Shown here: positions 47,450 through 56,070 of the stretch, in pieces
Position numbering within the stretch: position 1 is the stretch's first letter
Layout: each line of letters begins with the position of its first letter
The notes under the pieces: model-generated
What the model was told of the DNA's origin: nothing
The model's database searches: none
The model's input: the letters and a program-made list of their open reading frames with translations, nothing else
From: a virus
Length of the DNA: 64,000 nt
Strand: one strand, 5' to 3'
IMG/VR virus record: IMGVR_UViG_3300020160_001428
Coordinates: 8,408 to 72,407 of that record
Translations under genes and position numbers: made by a program

Positions 47450-48098
47450 CGGCGTTTCCTTCTAAACAATGATATGTTGTATTTACTAGGGAATTAGCCT
47501 GTGAAAAAGAAATGTTGTCTCCACCATCTATTGTCTGATAATAGAATACCTTGTTTAGGGTTTTGATCGACTTGGCTTGAAGTGCGGCATGGACTGTTAG
47601 TTTGATATCGTTGTGTATGTTACTGTCCATGGGAAACTCAAAATCAATTATACAATCACGTTTATATATGTGCTGTGATAGTTGCAGATGCTCGGTGTTT
47701 AATCTATCTAAAAACTCGTCCGATGTTAACTGACTATTTTTGTACAATGTCATAAAAGTTAACATATTTGATGTTTCATATGTAGGGCAATAATTCCCTA
47801 CTATTAAGTCAGCGTCTAATCTAATAGTTAGAAAGTCTTTATGCAGATAGTCATCATCTTCCAAATAATAAACATATTCGCCCTGAGCAATTTCTAATAA
47901 AAATTTATACTTTTCACATAGACTACCTGATGCATAGTAGAAGTATTTTACCTGCGGATGTTTAATTTCTTCAATATCGCAACTATCATTATTAACTAAT
48001 ACTTCAACTCCGGGAGTAATCTGTGCAAGAACACTTTCTAAACAACGAGTAAACAGCTTAGGTCGATTATGAGTAAGGATTAAAATACTTAAATGCAC
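47430..48098 (-). CDS. Glycosyltransferase family 2 (GT-A)
   Basis: LSILILTHNRP, VNND, YLEDDD. Confidence 0.85.
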   Translation of the reverse strand: MHLSILILTHNRPKLFTRCLESVLAQITPGVEVLVNNDSCDIEEIKHPQVKYFYYASGSLCEKYKFLLEIAQGEYVYYLEDDDYLHKDFLTIRLDADLIVGNYCPTYETSNMLTFMTLYKNSQLTSDEFLDRLNTEHLQLSQHIYKRDCIIDFEFPMDSNIHNDIKLTVHAALQAKSIKTLNKVFYYQTIDGGDNISFSQANSLVNTTYHCLEGNAVDKPNS

Positions 48099-49078
48099 TT
48101 TATCTTATCTCCATTAACGGGTCTGGGTTCGACGTGGCCTTTTAATTCGTTTTCAATTCCGTCGCAGACAAAAAAGTATTTGCATCCTGTACATTTGACT
48201 GTTTTAAAATAACTTTGCAGTCTAATACGCTCTGCTTCTACTAGGCATTGTTCAACTTTTTCTTTTTGACTGTAGAGTTTACTAGTATCTAGATTACCAC
48301 TGTAAACTGCTTTGTTCCAATCTTTTAAATCATAAATGTGTTGATAGTGTCCTTTTACATGATCAACATATCCTTCCATATAACACGGAGGAAAGTATCG
48401 AGCATTTACTTCAATTAGGTTTTGTAATTTATCTATATACCGTTTGACATAGTCGCACACTAGGGCATAATCAATTATGTTACCGTTAGCATTGTCTTGC
48501 CAATAATTCAATGCAATAAAATTTACCTGTGTGGGCTTAAGATCTAGCATTACTTGAGTGTCAATATTATTGTAGTTTAATTCACAAATGGTAGTGTTTA
48601 ATCGTACCTCAATGCCCAATTGATGTGCGTTAGCAATTGCTCGTAGTATGTTATCAAATGCACCTTTCTTACCTACAATTGTGTCGTGTACGTCTGCGGT
48701 AGTGGCATGCAGACTAAACAGTATTTCTCTTAGCCCGAGATTGTAAGATCGCTTGGCAAACTCAATGTTACTAAACTTTCCGCCGTGACTTAGACAACTG
48801 ATGCGTTTAAATTTATCCTGACAATACTCAAGTATTTTAAACCAATTAGGTTCTACTGAGCTTTCACCGCCAGACAGGTCAATTTCTTCAATGCCATATG
48901 CTAAAAGATAATCGACTCTATCAGTTATTTGTTTAAGAGTATCGCGTTCAGTAAGATGATTTTTATAATAACAAAAGTCACAAGAATAGTTACAAAGTTT
49001 ACCCGTGTCTAGTTTTGCCCTAGAATTAATAGGACGATCATAATCTATCTCAAGTTGATTAACACTTAATTTGTTCAT
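48089..49078 (-). CDS. Radical SAM protein
   Basis: CNYSCDFC, SGGE; C-terminal CTGCKYFFVCDG. Confidence 0.9.
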   Translation of the reverse strand: MNKLSVNQLEIDYDRPINSRAKLDTGKLCNYSCDFCYYKNHLTERDTLKQITDRVDYLLAYGIEEIDLSGGESSVEPNWFKILEYCQDKFKRISCLSHGGKFSNIEFAKRSYNLGLREILFSLHATTADVHDTIVGKKGAFDNILRAIANAHQLGIEVRLNTTICELNYNNIDTQVMLDLKPTQVNFIALNYWQDNANGNIIDYALVCDYVKRYIDKLQNLIEVNARYFPPCYMEGYVDHVKGHYQHIYDLKDWNKAVYSGNLDTSKLYSQKEKVEQCLVEAERIRLQSYFKTVKCTGCKYFFVCDGIENELKGHVEPRPVNGDKIKCI

Positions 49079-49940
49079 TTAATAACTTTAAAAATTCATC
49101 GTTAGGTAATAAGGTCGTGCCTATTAGTCCGTCTTTTTTTCTTACCTCAAGAGCACAATCATAATAATCTATATCATATATTACATCTTTGCCGTAATGC
49201 TCACATTCTAATATGAACCGACTGGAGCAATCGAAGTGTCCAGGAGTTCTAGTGTATATGTATGTACTAAATTTGTTCCACATATTATCAATCGGTACTA
49301 GATGCACATTATCTAACGAATACAAGTTAGTATTATTAGTTAGAACAATGTTTTTTTCAAATCCGTGTTTTTTTATTAAAGATTCTAGTTCTATTTGAGG
49401 AATTTCTCTACAAAGGTCAGTAAGATAAAACATTGCCGCAATCTCTGAAACTTCGAGCAATGGTTTATACTTAGAAAATAGTATTTTCTTTTTATAGTTT
49501 ACTAACATTAAATCAGGTACACAATCTCCGTAGATTTCAAAGTCCTGTAACAAAAATATATTTGATTTTGTTTTAGTATAGTATGAAAAATCAGACTCAG
49601 AACAACGAAATAGAAATATGTTTTCAACAAGTAAATCTGCATTCTTTAATCTAGGACTGCCGTCAACAACTAAAAGATTCTTAGCAATTATAACCTTAGG
49701 AGCATGATGCTCTATTATATCATCTACAGTTAAATTATCGTATTTTTGGTTAATTGCATTAATAAATTCTTGTTTAGTTGTACCGTCCGATAATAATATG
49801 CAGGGTTTTAATTTAGTATATTCTTTAACTGCATAATAGTAGTCAATCATTTCAAACATGTGGCCACACACTCCAAATTTAAATTCAAATGAAGTTGTTA
49901 GTACGAGATCATAGGATTTTAAATTTACAATGTTGGACAT
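49059..49940 (-). CDS. Hypothetical protein, possibly GT-B-like
   Basis: C-terminal DCSSRFILECEHYGKDVI resembles a GT-B nucleotide-binding segment. Confidence 0.55.
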   Translation of the reverse strand: MSNIVNLKSYDLVLTTSFEFKFGVCGHMFEMIDYYYAVKEYTKLKPCILLSDGTTKQEFINAINQKYDNLTVDDIIEHHAPKVIIAKNLLVVDGSPRLKNADLLVENIFLFRCSESDFSYYTKTKSNIFLLQDFEIYGDCVPDLMLVNYKKKILFSKYKPLLEVSEIAAMFYLTDLCREIPQIELESLIKKHGFEKNIVLTNNTNLYSLDNVHLVPIDNMWNKFSTYIYTRTPGHFDCSSRFILECEHYGKDVIYDIDYYDCALEVRKKDGLIGTTLLPNDEFLKLLNEQIKC

Positions 49941-50722
49941 GTGATTTCCTGTAGAGATAACGGTTGGTAATCTAATTCATCAAACAAACTAGAAGGCAAC
50001 TGTTCTGCAATTTCTTGAGGAATGTCTAATCGATTATTTGGCAATATTTTTTTAAAATTATCTGCTAGACAGTTGAATTGATCTACATCTAGCGGACTTA
50101 GACTACACATGGGCATTAGATTATGATATTCATCTTGAGTTAATATATTATTATAACTTCTATAGCATGACAAATCAATAGATTGATTGCCAATTTGAAT
50201 CATTTTAGTTTCTAAAATATTTTCAAATTTAACTGTTTGAACAGTTGGCATCTGTTTTAATATGACGGATTGTATAAGAGACGACTCATTACGTTGTTTT
50301 AGCAGTTTGACGCCGGCTGTTGTATTATAGGGTGCCGAGTCTTGAGTAATAGAATCAATAGTATATATTGCTGACGGATTGCGAGTTATATTGATCGCGC
50401 ATACGCTGTCAATATCACTAGTAACCATATTGACAAATGTTTTAGAAAAACTTCCGCTAATGACTAATATTGGATATGGTCGATTATGGTACTGAGATAG
50501 AAAGGCCGTGTAGTCACCACCTTCTGGAAATACTGTATCTGTTTTAACACCAAAGTCAGTCCAGATGGCACGGAACTGCATTTTTAATTGATTATTAGTA
50601 TTATTATCTAATAGTTCTTGGTAATTATTGTCAGTGTGTTTGATCGAGTTTAAATGCTGTGTAATAGTCCAAGCGATGGTGGCTTTTTTAATAGTCTCCG
50701 ACCCGCTTAGGATAATTAACAT
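49925..50722 (-). CDS. P-loop/sulfotransferase-like protein, paralog of 50728
   Basis: ILSGSETIKK, INITRNPS, VKFENIL. Confidence 0.55.
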   Translation of the reverse strand: MLIILSGSETIKKATIAWTITQHLNSIKHTDNNYQELLDNNTNNQLKMQFRAIWTDFGVKTDTVFPEGGDYTAFLSQYHNRPYPILVISGSFSKTFVNMVTSDIDSVCAINITRNPSAIYTIDSITQDSAPYNTTAGVKLLKQRNESSLIQSVILKQMPTVQTVKFENILETKMIQIGNQSIDLSCYRSYNNILTQDEYHNLMPMCSLSPLDVDQFNCLADNFKKILPNNRLDIPQEIAEQLPSSLFDELDYQPLSLQEITCPTL

Positions 50723-50727
50723 GATTA

Positions 50728-51780
50728 TTAGTCGACAATGTCGTCATACGTTAACGGCTCGTATCCTAGTTCAGTAAACAAATTTTCTGGCATGTTTGCG
50801 GATATGACAGCTTTAATTTCAGATATTGTTGCTGGCGTAGATCTTAACGAATTAATATAAGTCGTAATCTCTTCGGTTATGTTAGGGCTTTGACCAGACG
50901 CATAATGTTGTAATTCTATATTAATTGCATCTAATGTTTCTGCTGATATAATTTCTAAAGGTATTAAGTTTTCATGTTCCCATTGTGTCAGCACACTATT
51001 AAAATTATCGTACCCTGCTGGCACTGTAACTTCAACACCATTAACTGTAAATTTACCAGCTGTAATAATGTCTTCAAATCTAATAGTAGTAATATCATCA
51101 AATTTAGCTAATACGGCGGCGTTGGCAATTGAGTAAACTAATTTTCTAGCATCTAATTCAGGAGTTCTATTTTTTTCAGGATTTGCATAGTATGCATCGT
51201 CTTTACGATTTAATAAAATGCAAGTAGACGGATTGCGGATAATGTTTATCACCGTAACATTCTCAGCCCCAATATCAGTTCTTACACTGTTAATAAATGC
51301 TTTAGAAAATATACCAGTAATAACATGTACGTCTCCCAGTCTATTTGCATAGTTTGCTAATACATCAGCATATGAGTGAGGATGTAACAATGGAATTTTT
51401 GGTGAACTGTTTCCGTAGTCAACCGTGTCTGTGATACCAAAATCGTGTGCGAGATCAATAAAGAAATTGCTAAAATGATTATTTCGACCACCTGTTAAAA
51501 ACAAGTTATCGTTTAGTTCTAGAATTTTGTCAAATATTGCATTACCTTCTAGATCAATTACTCCGTCGTTATCTAAATCGATCAATAACTCGTTAGTATG
51601 CGGTTGATCACCGATAGCCGGGGAATATACTACTTTTCCCGTAGGGTCTGTTACTCTAAATGGCTCAATGGAAAAATCAACAGTATGTCCATCGACTACA
51701 AACCTATTTAAGGCAGCAATTATCTTTCTTGCAAAAAACTTTTTGTGTATAGTTTCTACACCACTTAAAATTACTAACAT
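50728..51780 (-). CDS. P-loop/sulfotransferase-like protein with DxDxDG motif
   Basis: ILSGVETIHK, INIIRNPS, IRFEDII; DLDNDGVIDLE. Confidence 0.55.
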   Translation of the reverse strand: MLVILSGVETIHKKFFARKIIAALNRFVVDGHTVDFSIEPFRVTDPTGKVVYSPAIGDQPHTNELLIDLDNDGVIDLEGNAIFDKILELNDNLFLTGGRNNHFSNFFIDLAHDFGITDTVDYGNSSPKIPLLHPHSYADVLANYANRLGDVHVITGIFSKAFINSVRTDIGAENVTVINIIRNPSTCILLNRKDDAYYANPEKNRTPELDARKLVYSIANAAVLAKFDDITTIRFEDIITAGKFTVNGVEVTVPAGYDNFNSVLTQWEHENLIPLEIISAETLDAINIELQHYASGQSPNITEEITTYINSLRSTPATISEIKAVISANMPENLFTELGYEPLTYDDIVD

Positions 51781-51782
51781 AG

Positions 51783-52193
51783 TTATCTCCTTAAATAGTC
51801 TTGTATAACGGCGTTGACTGCATTATCATCATTATAATCAGTTAACATTTGAAGTTGATTTATTACAGAAGAATATTCATTTTTATTCTTCTCAATTTCT
51901 TTAATATTATCTTTTAATGTAAGATATTTTTCAAGATTGTTAATTAAATTCTCATCGCCTGTTTCAATAATTTTAATATAACACTCTTCTTTGTTACTAT
52001 CAGTAATGATAATTCCTTTACTGATAAATTCATTGTTTAATAACATAAAAGAAACAAAGTCAACTAATGTAAACGATAATAAATTATCTCCCATAATACC
52101 GCGTACTTTGGTTTTGACTGCTTTCGCGGCTTTACCTGCATAGGTACTAGCATCAATTCCTTCTACTTCTTCATAATTAGTGATTTCTTTCAT
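51783..52193 (-). CDS. Hypothetical protein (cluster accessory)
   Basis: 136 aa directly after the S74 ORF. Confidence 0.7.
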   Translation of the reverse strand: MKEITNYEEVEGIDASTYAGKAAKAVKTKVRGIMGDNLLSFTLVDFVSFMLLNNEFISKGIIITDSNKEECYIKIIETGDENLINNLEKYLTLKDNIKEIEKNKNEYSSVINQLQMLTDYNDDNAVNAVIQDYLRR

Positions 52194-52443
52194 TTTTTAA
52201 CCTTTCAATTTCGTCAGATAATTCTTGTACTGCTTTGATCAATGGAAAAATTAACTGATGCGGATTAGCTACAATAAAGTATCCGTCTCGATCTTTTTCT
52301 AAAATAGTGTATTTTTCTATTGGCCAAATTTCATTTATATTCTGTGCCATACAGCTCATAGTTTTTCTTACTGTATCACCTTTAGTGTTGTCAGTATATA
52401 TATGCTCTGCAGGTCTTAGCTGTTTTATTTTCTCTAAACTCAT
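52177..52443 (-). CDS. Stand-alone C-terminal part of an S74 (intramolecular chaperone) domain
   Basis: LEKIKQLRP...MAQNINEIWP...LIFPLIKAVQELSDEIERLK; TAATG overlap with upstream gene. Confidence 0.75.
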   Translation of the reverse strand: MSLEKIKQLRPAEHIYTDNTKGDTVRKTMSCMAQNINEIWPIEKYTILEKDRDGYFIVANPHQLIFPLIKAVQELSDEIERLKNERNH

Positions 52444-53087
52444 TACATATACTCAATTTCAGTTTTAACTTGTTCATCGCTATAGTTGCAATTACAGGTA
52501 CATGAGTAATTGCAGTTACAGGTGCAGTAGTTGCAGTTACATGTGCAATAGTTGCAGTTACAGGTGCAGGCGATCCTAGAGTCATTAATTTGATTTACTA
52601 AGGAATTTATATGAACAGCTCTAATCTTTGATCCAACTAATGCGGCAAATGATGTTGCATTGCTAACTGCGGGCACCTGTGGATAGGTTATAGTTTCCGG
52701 TTGTGGGACTGGACCATATACTGGTATCTGGTTGCCAGTCGGGTTTCCGTAAGGATCAAGTTCTGGAGTATAGCCAACTACTACTTGCCCGTTAGGACTA
52801 TTGATATTCTGGTTAGCTCCATTTTGTGCTGTTGTTGCCGCTGGTCCTGCAACGCTTACAGCAGTAATAATAGTGTCTAGGCGGGCCGCTGAAACTGTTC
52901 CCGAGTAATAGCCGGCAGGTATAACGATATTAGATTGGCCTCTTCGAACTCTTTCATTGATTGCAGCCTGAAAAATGCCAGCCATGGCTGAGCCACTAAT
53001 AGTAGTGCTAGTTCCAACGTAGCCGCCGATGTACCCTAGAGCATTTGATGCGTTGGTTCCGTAAACGTTTGCAACTAAACTTGCCAT
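52443..53087 (-). CDS. Cys-rich repeat protein 3 (candidate radical SAM substrate) with S74 cleavage stub
   Basis: Ends CTCNCNYCTCNCNYCTCNCNYSCTCNCNY-SDEQVKTEIEYM. Confidence 0.85.
   Translation of the reverse strand: MASLVANVYGTNASNALGYIGGYVGTSTTISGSAMAGIFQAAINERVRRGQSNIVIPAGYYSGTVSAARLDTIITAVSVAGPAATTAQNGANQNINSPNGQVVVGYTPELDPYGNPTGNQIPVYGPVPQPETITYPQVPAVSNATSFAALVGSKIRAVHINSLVNQINDSRIACTCNCNYCTCNCNYCTCNCNYSCTCNCNYSDEQVKTEIEYM
52482..52568 (-). repeat. 21-nt tandem repeat encoding (CTCNCNY)x4
   Basis: Four units with synonymous variation. Confidence 0.95.
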
Positions 53088-53093
53088 TTATAA

Positions 53094-53927
53094 CTACTCC
53101 ACCTCAAAATTAATTGGTAATTTTGAGTAGTTAACAAAATAGTATCCGTCTAGGTCTTTACCTAGAGCACATTCGTATTTGGTGCCTTGTAGTTCTTGAG
53201 CCATTACTCCACGATAGCGAGTCGATTTATCTTTGATATAGTTCCAAGAATAAACATTTAAATTATTTTCAACTTTAATAAATTTGATATTTTCTTTTAA
53301 TCTTATATCACTACCATAATTACAATTACAGGTACATGCATAATTGCAGTTACAGGTGCAGTAGTTGCAATTACAGGTGCAGTAGTTGCAATTACAGGTG
53401 CATACAGCGCCGGCAGAATTAATAGCACTAATTAGTGTATTAATATCTACAGAACTTATCCGTTGGTCTTTACTGAACGATGTTCCAACTGACGGCGCCG
53501 GTGATTGTGGATAGGTTATTACTTCTGGAGTAGGTACTGCGGCGTATGTTGGGGTTGAACCAACTACATTTCCGTAACCGTCAAGGATCGGAGTTGAACC
53601 TGTTTGTACTACTCCGTTAGAACTATTGATATTCTGATTAGCTCCGTTATATGCTTGACTGGCCGCTGGGCCGGCCTGCTGAACTGTTGTAATAATCTCT
53701 TGAACCCTAGCCCCTAATATTTTTCCACTAAAATAACTTGCCGGAAGTTGAATTGCTGAGCCGCCGCGGCGACTTCTTTCTGCAATGGCTTTATTTGCTA
53801 TATCAACTAATTTGTTTTCTCGCATTACGTCAGTAGATAACACGCCGGCCAGGTTATGAGTTACGGCATTAGTGGCATTAGTTCCGTATATACTTTTAGT
53901 CAGTCCCGAAAAAGTTGGTAATGCCAT
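53094..53927 (-). CDS. Cys-rich repeat protein 2 with fused S74 chaperone domain
   Basis: (CTCNCNY)x4-G-SDIRLKENI...YSWNY...GVMAQE...VNYSKL. Confidence 0.88.
   Translation of the reverse strand: MALPTFSGLTKSIYGTNATNAVTHNLAGVLSTDVMRENKLVDIANKAIAERSRRGGSAIQLPASYFSGKILGARVQEIITTVQQAGPAASQAYNGANQNINSSNGVVQTGSTPILDGYGNVVGSTPTYAAVPTPEVITYPQSPAPSVGTSFSKDQRISSVDINTLISAINSAGAVCTCNCNYCTCNCNYCTCNCNYACTCNCNYGSDIRLKENIKFIKVENNLNVYSWNYIKDKSTRYRGVMAQELQGTKYECALGKDLDGYYFVNYSKLPINFEVE
53316..53402 (-). repeat. 21-nt tandem repeat encoding (CTCNCNY)x4
   Basis: Four units. Confidence 0.95.
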
Positions 53928-54500
53928 TTACATGTACTCCACTTGACTTTTAAGTTGTTCATCGCTATAGTTGCAGTTACAGGTACATGAGTAATTGCAG
54001 TTACAGGTGCAGTAGTTGCAATTACAGGTGCAGTAGTTGCAGTTACAGGTACATACAGCACCAGCAGTATTAATTTCTGTAATTAGTGCATTGACAATAG
54101 CACTAGTTATTCTTTGGCCGGCTATAAAGTTTCCTGAGCCGCTAGGAACTGCTACTTGACCGTAAGTAGTTATTGCTGGAGGATTGCCACTATTAGCGCC
54201 ACCTCCATAATTGGTATTGTATGCTTGACTAGTTGCGGGTCCTGCAATTTCTACATTAGTTTTAATTTCTTGAATTTTGCTTGCAAATAATCTACCAGTA
54301 TAATAATTAGAAGGAATAGCAATTGCCGAACCACCGCGACGTGTTCTTTCTGAAATAGCTTTTTGTGCTATATTGTAAAATATTCCGCCAGACATCTTAT
54401 TTGTGTTATTGACTTGTGTAAGTCCATGAGATACTGAATCGCTGGCGTCAGTACCGTAGATGTCTTTTACTAATCCCGATGTTATATTTGGTAACGCCAT
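53928..54500 (-). CDS. Cys-rich repeat protein 1 with S74 cleavage stub
   Basis: Ends (CTCNCNY)x4-SDEQLKSQVEYM; AAGGAGA/GGAG RBS. Confidence 0.85.
   Translation of the reverse strand: MALPNITSGLVKDIYGTDASDSVSHGLTQVNNTNKMSGGIFYNIAQKAISERTRRGGSAIAIPSNYYTGRLFASKIQEIKTNVEIAGPATSQAYNTNYGGGANSGNPPAITTYGQVAVPSGSGNFIAGQRITSAIVNALITEINTAGAVCTCNCNYCTCNCNYCTCNCNYSCTCNCNYSDEQLKSQVEYM
53967..54053 (-). repeat. 21-nt tandem repeat encoding (CTCNCNY)x4
   Basis: Four units. Confidence 0.95.
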
Positions 54501-54512
54501 CGCTCCGTCTCC

Positions 54513-54911
54513 TTAAATTGCTTTTGATAAAAAGTCTAAATCTTCTTTAGCTTTATTCTGTGCTAGAAATTTGTCATAGTCGTCAAGATCAGCAGTTGAT
54601 GTAATAAAATCTAGTGTGTTCTTATCAACCTCCTTGTCTGGCATTTCTTGATTTTCATTCATATCTTTGATAATCTGCATGACTAAATCAGTTAACGATA
54701 TACCTAAAATAGAAGTGACCATTTCTATTTGTTTAGAAATATCAACAGTTTCAACTGGTTCAGTTCTTTCAGACATTTCTTTGATAATGTTCATAGATAG
54801 AATAAATCCATCTAGCATAATTGTAGAAACTCCTGGTTCATCTTCAACTTCCATAAGGTTGATAATCTCTAGGATTTTTTCTAATTTTTCGTTTATTGTC
54901 ATCTGAGTCAT
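54513..54911 (-). CDS. Acidic helical hypothetical protein
   Basis: 132 aa, ATGA-coupled to the rSAM gene. Confidence 0.7.
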   Translation of the reverse strand: MTQMTINEKLEKILEIINLMEVEDEPGVSTIMLDGFILSMNIIKEMSERTEPVETVDISKQIEMVTSILGISLTDLVMQIIKDMNENQEMPDKEVDKNTLDFITSTADLDDYDKFLAQNKAKEDLDFLSKAI

Positions 54912-55780
54912 TTTATTTCTTTGTCCTTAAAATCATGAAATTTTGGAGAGTTTTCGTAGTTACCGTAGGTCGTTACATTACCCTCGTTAGTAAAATATGT
55001 CTTCAATTCTTTGCGTTCACCACAACCATTGCACATGTCGCAAAACAATTCGCATACAGGTACAGATACTGCTTTATTTATCCAGTCATTTCTAAGCTGA
55101 TTTTTAATCTCGGTTAGCTTTTCGATGTCCTTTGGGGTTAGTGTATCCCAGGCCACACTAGTGATCATGCGCTCTGGATTAAAAGTTTTTATCAATTTGG
55201 TCATGTCTTTATACACATGGTTGATATTAAACTTATGTATGGTATAACGCATACGATATCTAAACTTGTTTTTTACTAGATTAGTAAAGACTTCAATCAT
55301 ACTTCTAGTACTGTCCATACCATTATGATATACCCGATCCTTGTTGCCAATTCCGTCAAAGCTAACATCTATTGATAACAGTCCCTTTTTATAAAAGAAG
55401 TTGTTCATTGTTTCATCAATAAAGTTTTGACTTAGGTATTTGATACCGTTGGTTGTCATGTTAAAATGTACATTACGTTTCTTACTAAAGGCATAGTCCA
55501 TAGCAAAGCAGACGTTCTCCCATTCTAGCGTAGGTTCGCCGCCAAACAATACAATTAGTGTTTGGCTTTTAGGATCTTCTCTAGCAAGTATTGCATCTAC
55601 ATGGTTGACAATATCTTCTTTGGTTAGTATCTGTGGCGGTCGGCCTGGTAAGTCTTCGTAACAATACGTGCAGGCTAGATTGCATTTATTAGTAAAGTAT
55701 AGAACGTTAACAGCCGAACCTACAGGGGCAGGTTTGTCTGTCTTATCTCCTACAAAAAAATCACTAACAATTGGTATCAT
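54908..55780 (-). CDS. Radical SAM protein with short Cys-rich tail
   Basis: CNLACTYC, FGGEPTL, TTNG, SFDG; CELFCDMCNGC. Confidence 0.92.
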   Translation of the reverse strand: MIPIVSDFFVGDKTDKPAPVGSAVNVLYFTNKCNLACTYCYEDLPGRPPQILTKEDIVNHVDAILAREDPKSQTLIVLFGGEPTLEWENVCFAMDYAFSKKRNVHFNMTTNGIKYLSQNFIDETMNNFFYKKGLLSIDVSFDGIGNKDRVYHNGMDSTRSMIEVFTNLVKNKFRYRMRYTIHKFNINHVYKDMTKLIKTFNPERMITSVAWDTLTPKDIEKLTEIKNQLRNDWINKAVSVPVCELFCDMCNGCGERKELKTYFTNEGNVTTYGNYENSPKFHDFKDKEIK

Positions 55781-56070
55781 TGAATAATCATCTCATGCGA
55801 GTTTTTATATCTATTTTCTTGTGGACGACTTTTGGCTTCTTTAATAATGTGACTCATACTAGATAAGAATTGTCCATAGTCAAATTTATAGTCGTATAAG
55901 TGTCCGCGATTAAGATCGTCATAGCCAACGTATTGGCTGTCTACTTTTGCTTTGCCTTTACGGGCTTCTTCAATTTGCAGTGACAATTCATCTACAGACA
56001 ACACACGATCTGAAACGTGCTCTACTGGAGCCATCTCAACTTTAACTGGAATCTTTAAAATGCTTTTCAT
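55777..56070 (-). CDS. Small hypothetical protein between rSAM genes
   Basis: 97 aa, translationally coupled on both sides. Confidence 0.7.
   Translation of the reverse strand: MKSILKIPVKVEMAPVEHVSDRVLSVDELSLQIEEARKGKAKVDSQYVGYDDLNRGHLYDYKFDYGQFLSSMSHIIKEAKSRPQENRYKNSHEMIIQ

Noticed and set aside
52391-52585. ORF MTLGSPAPVTATIAHVTATTAPV...
   Set aside because: Alternative-frame shadow of the Cys repeat
52482-54053. 21-nt tandem repeats as a CRISPR array or DGR template/variable repeats
   Set aside because: No spacers; repeats are in-frame coding with synonymous variation; no cas or reverse transcriptase gene in the window
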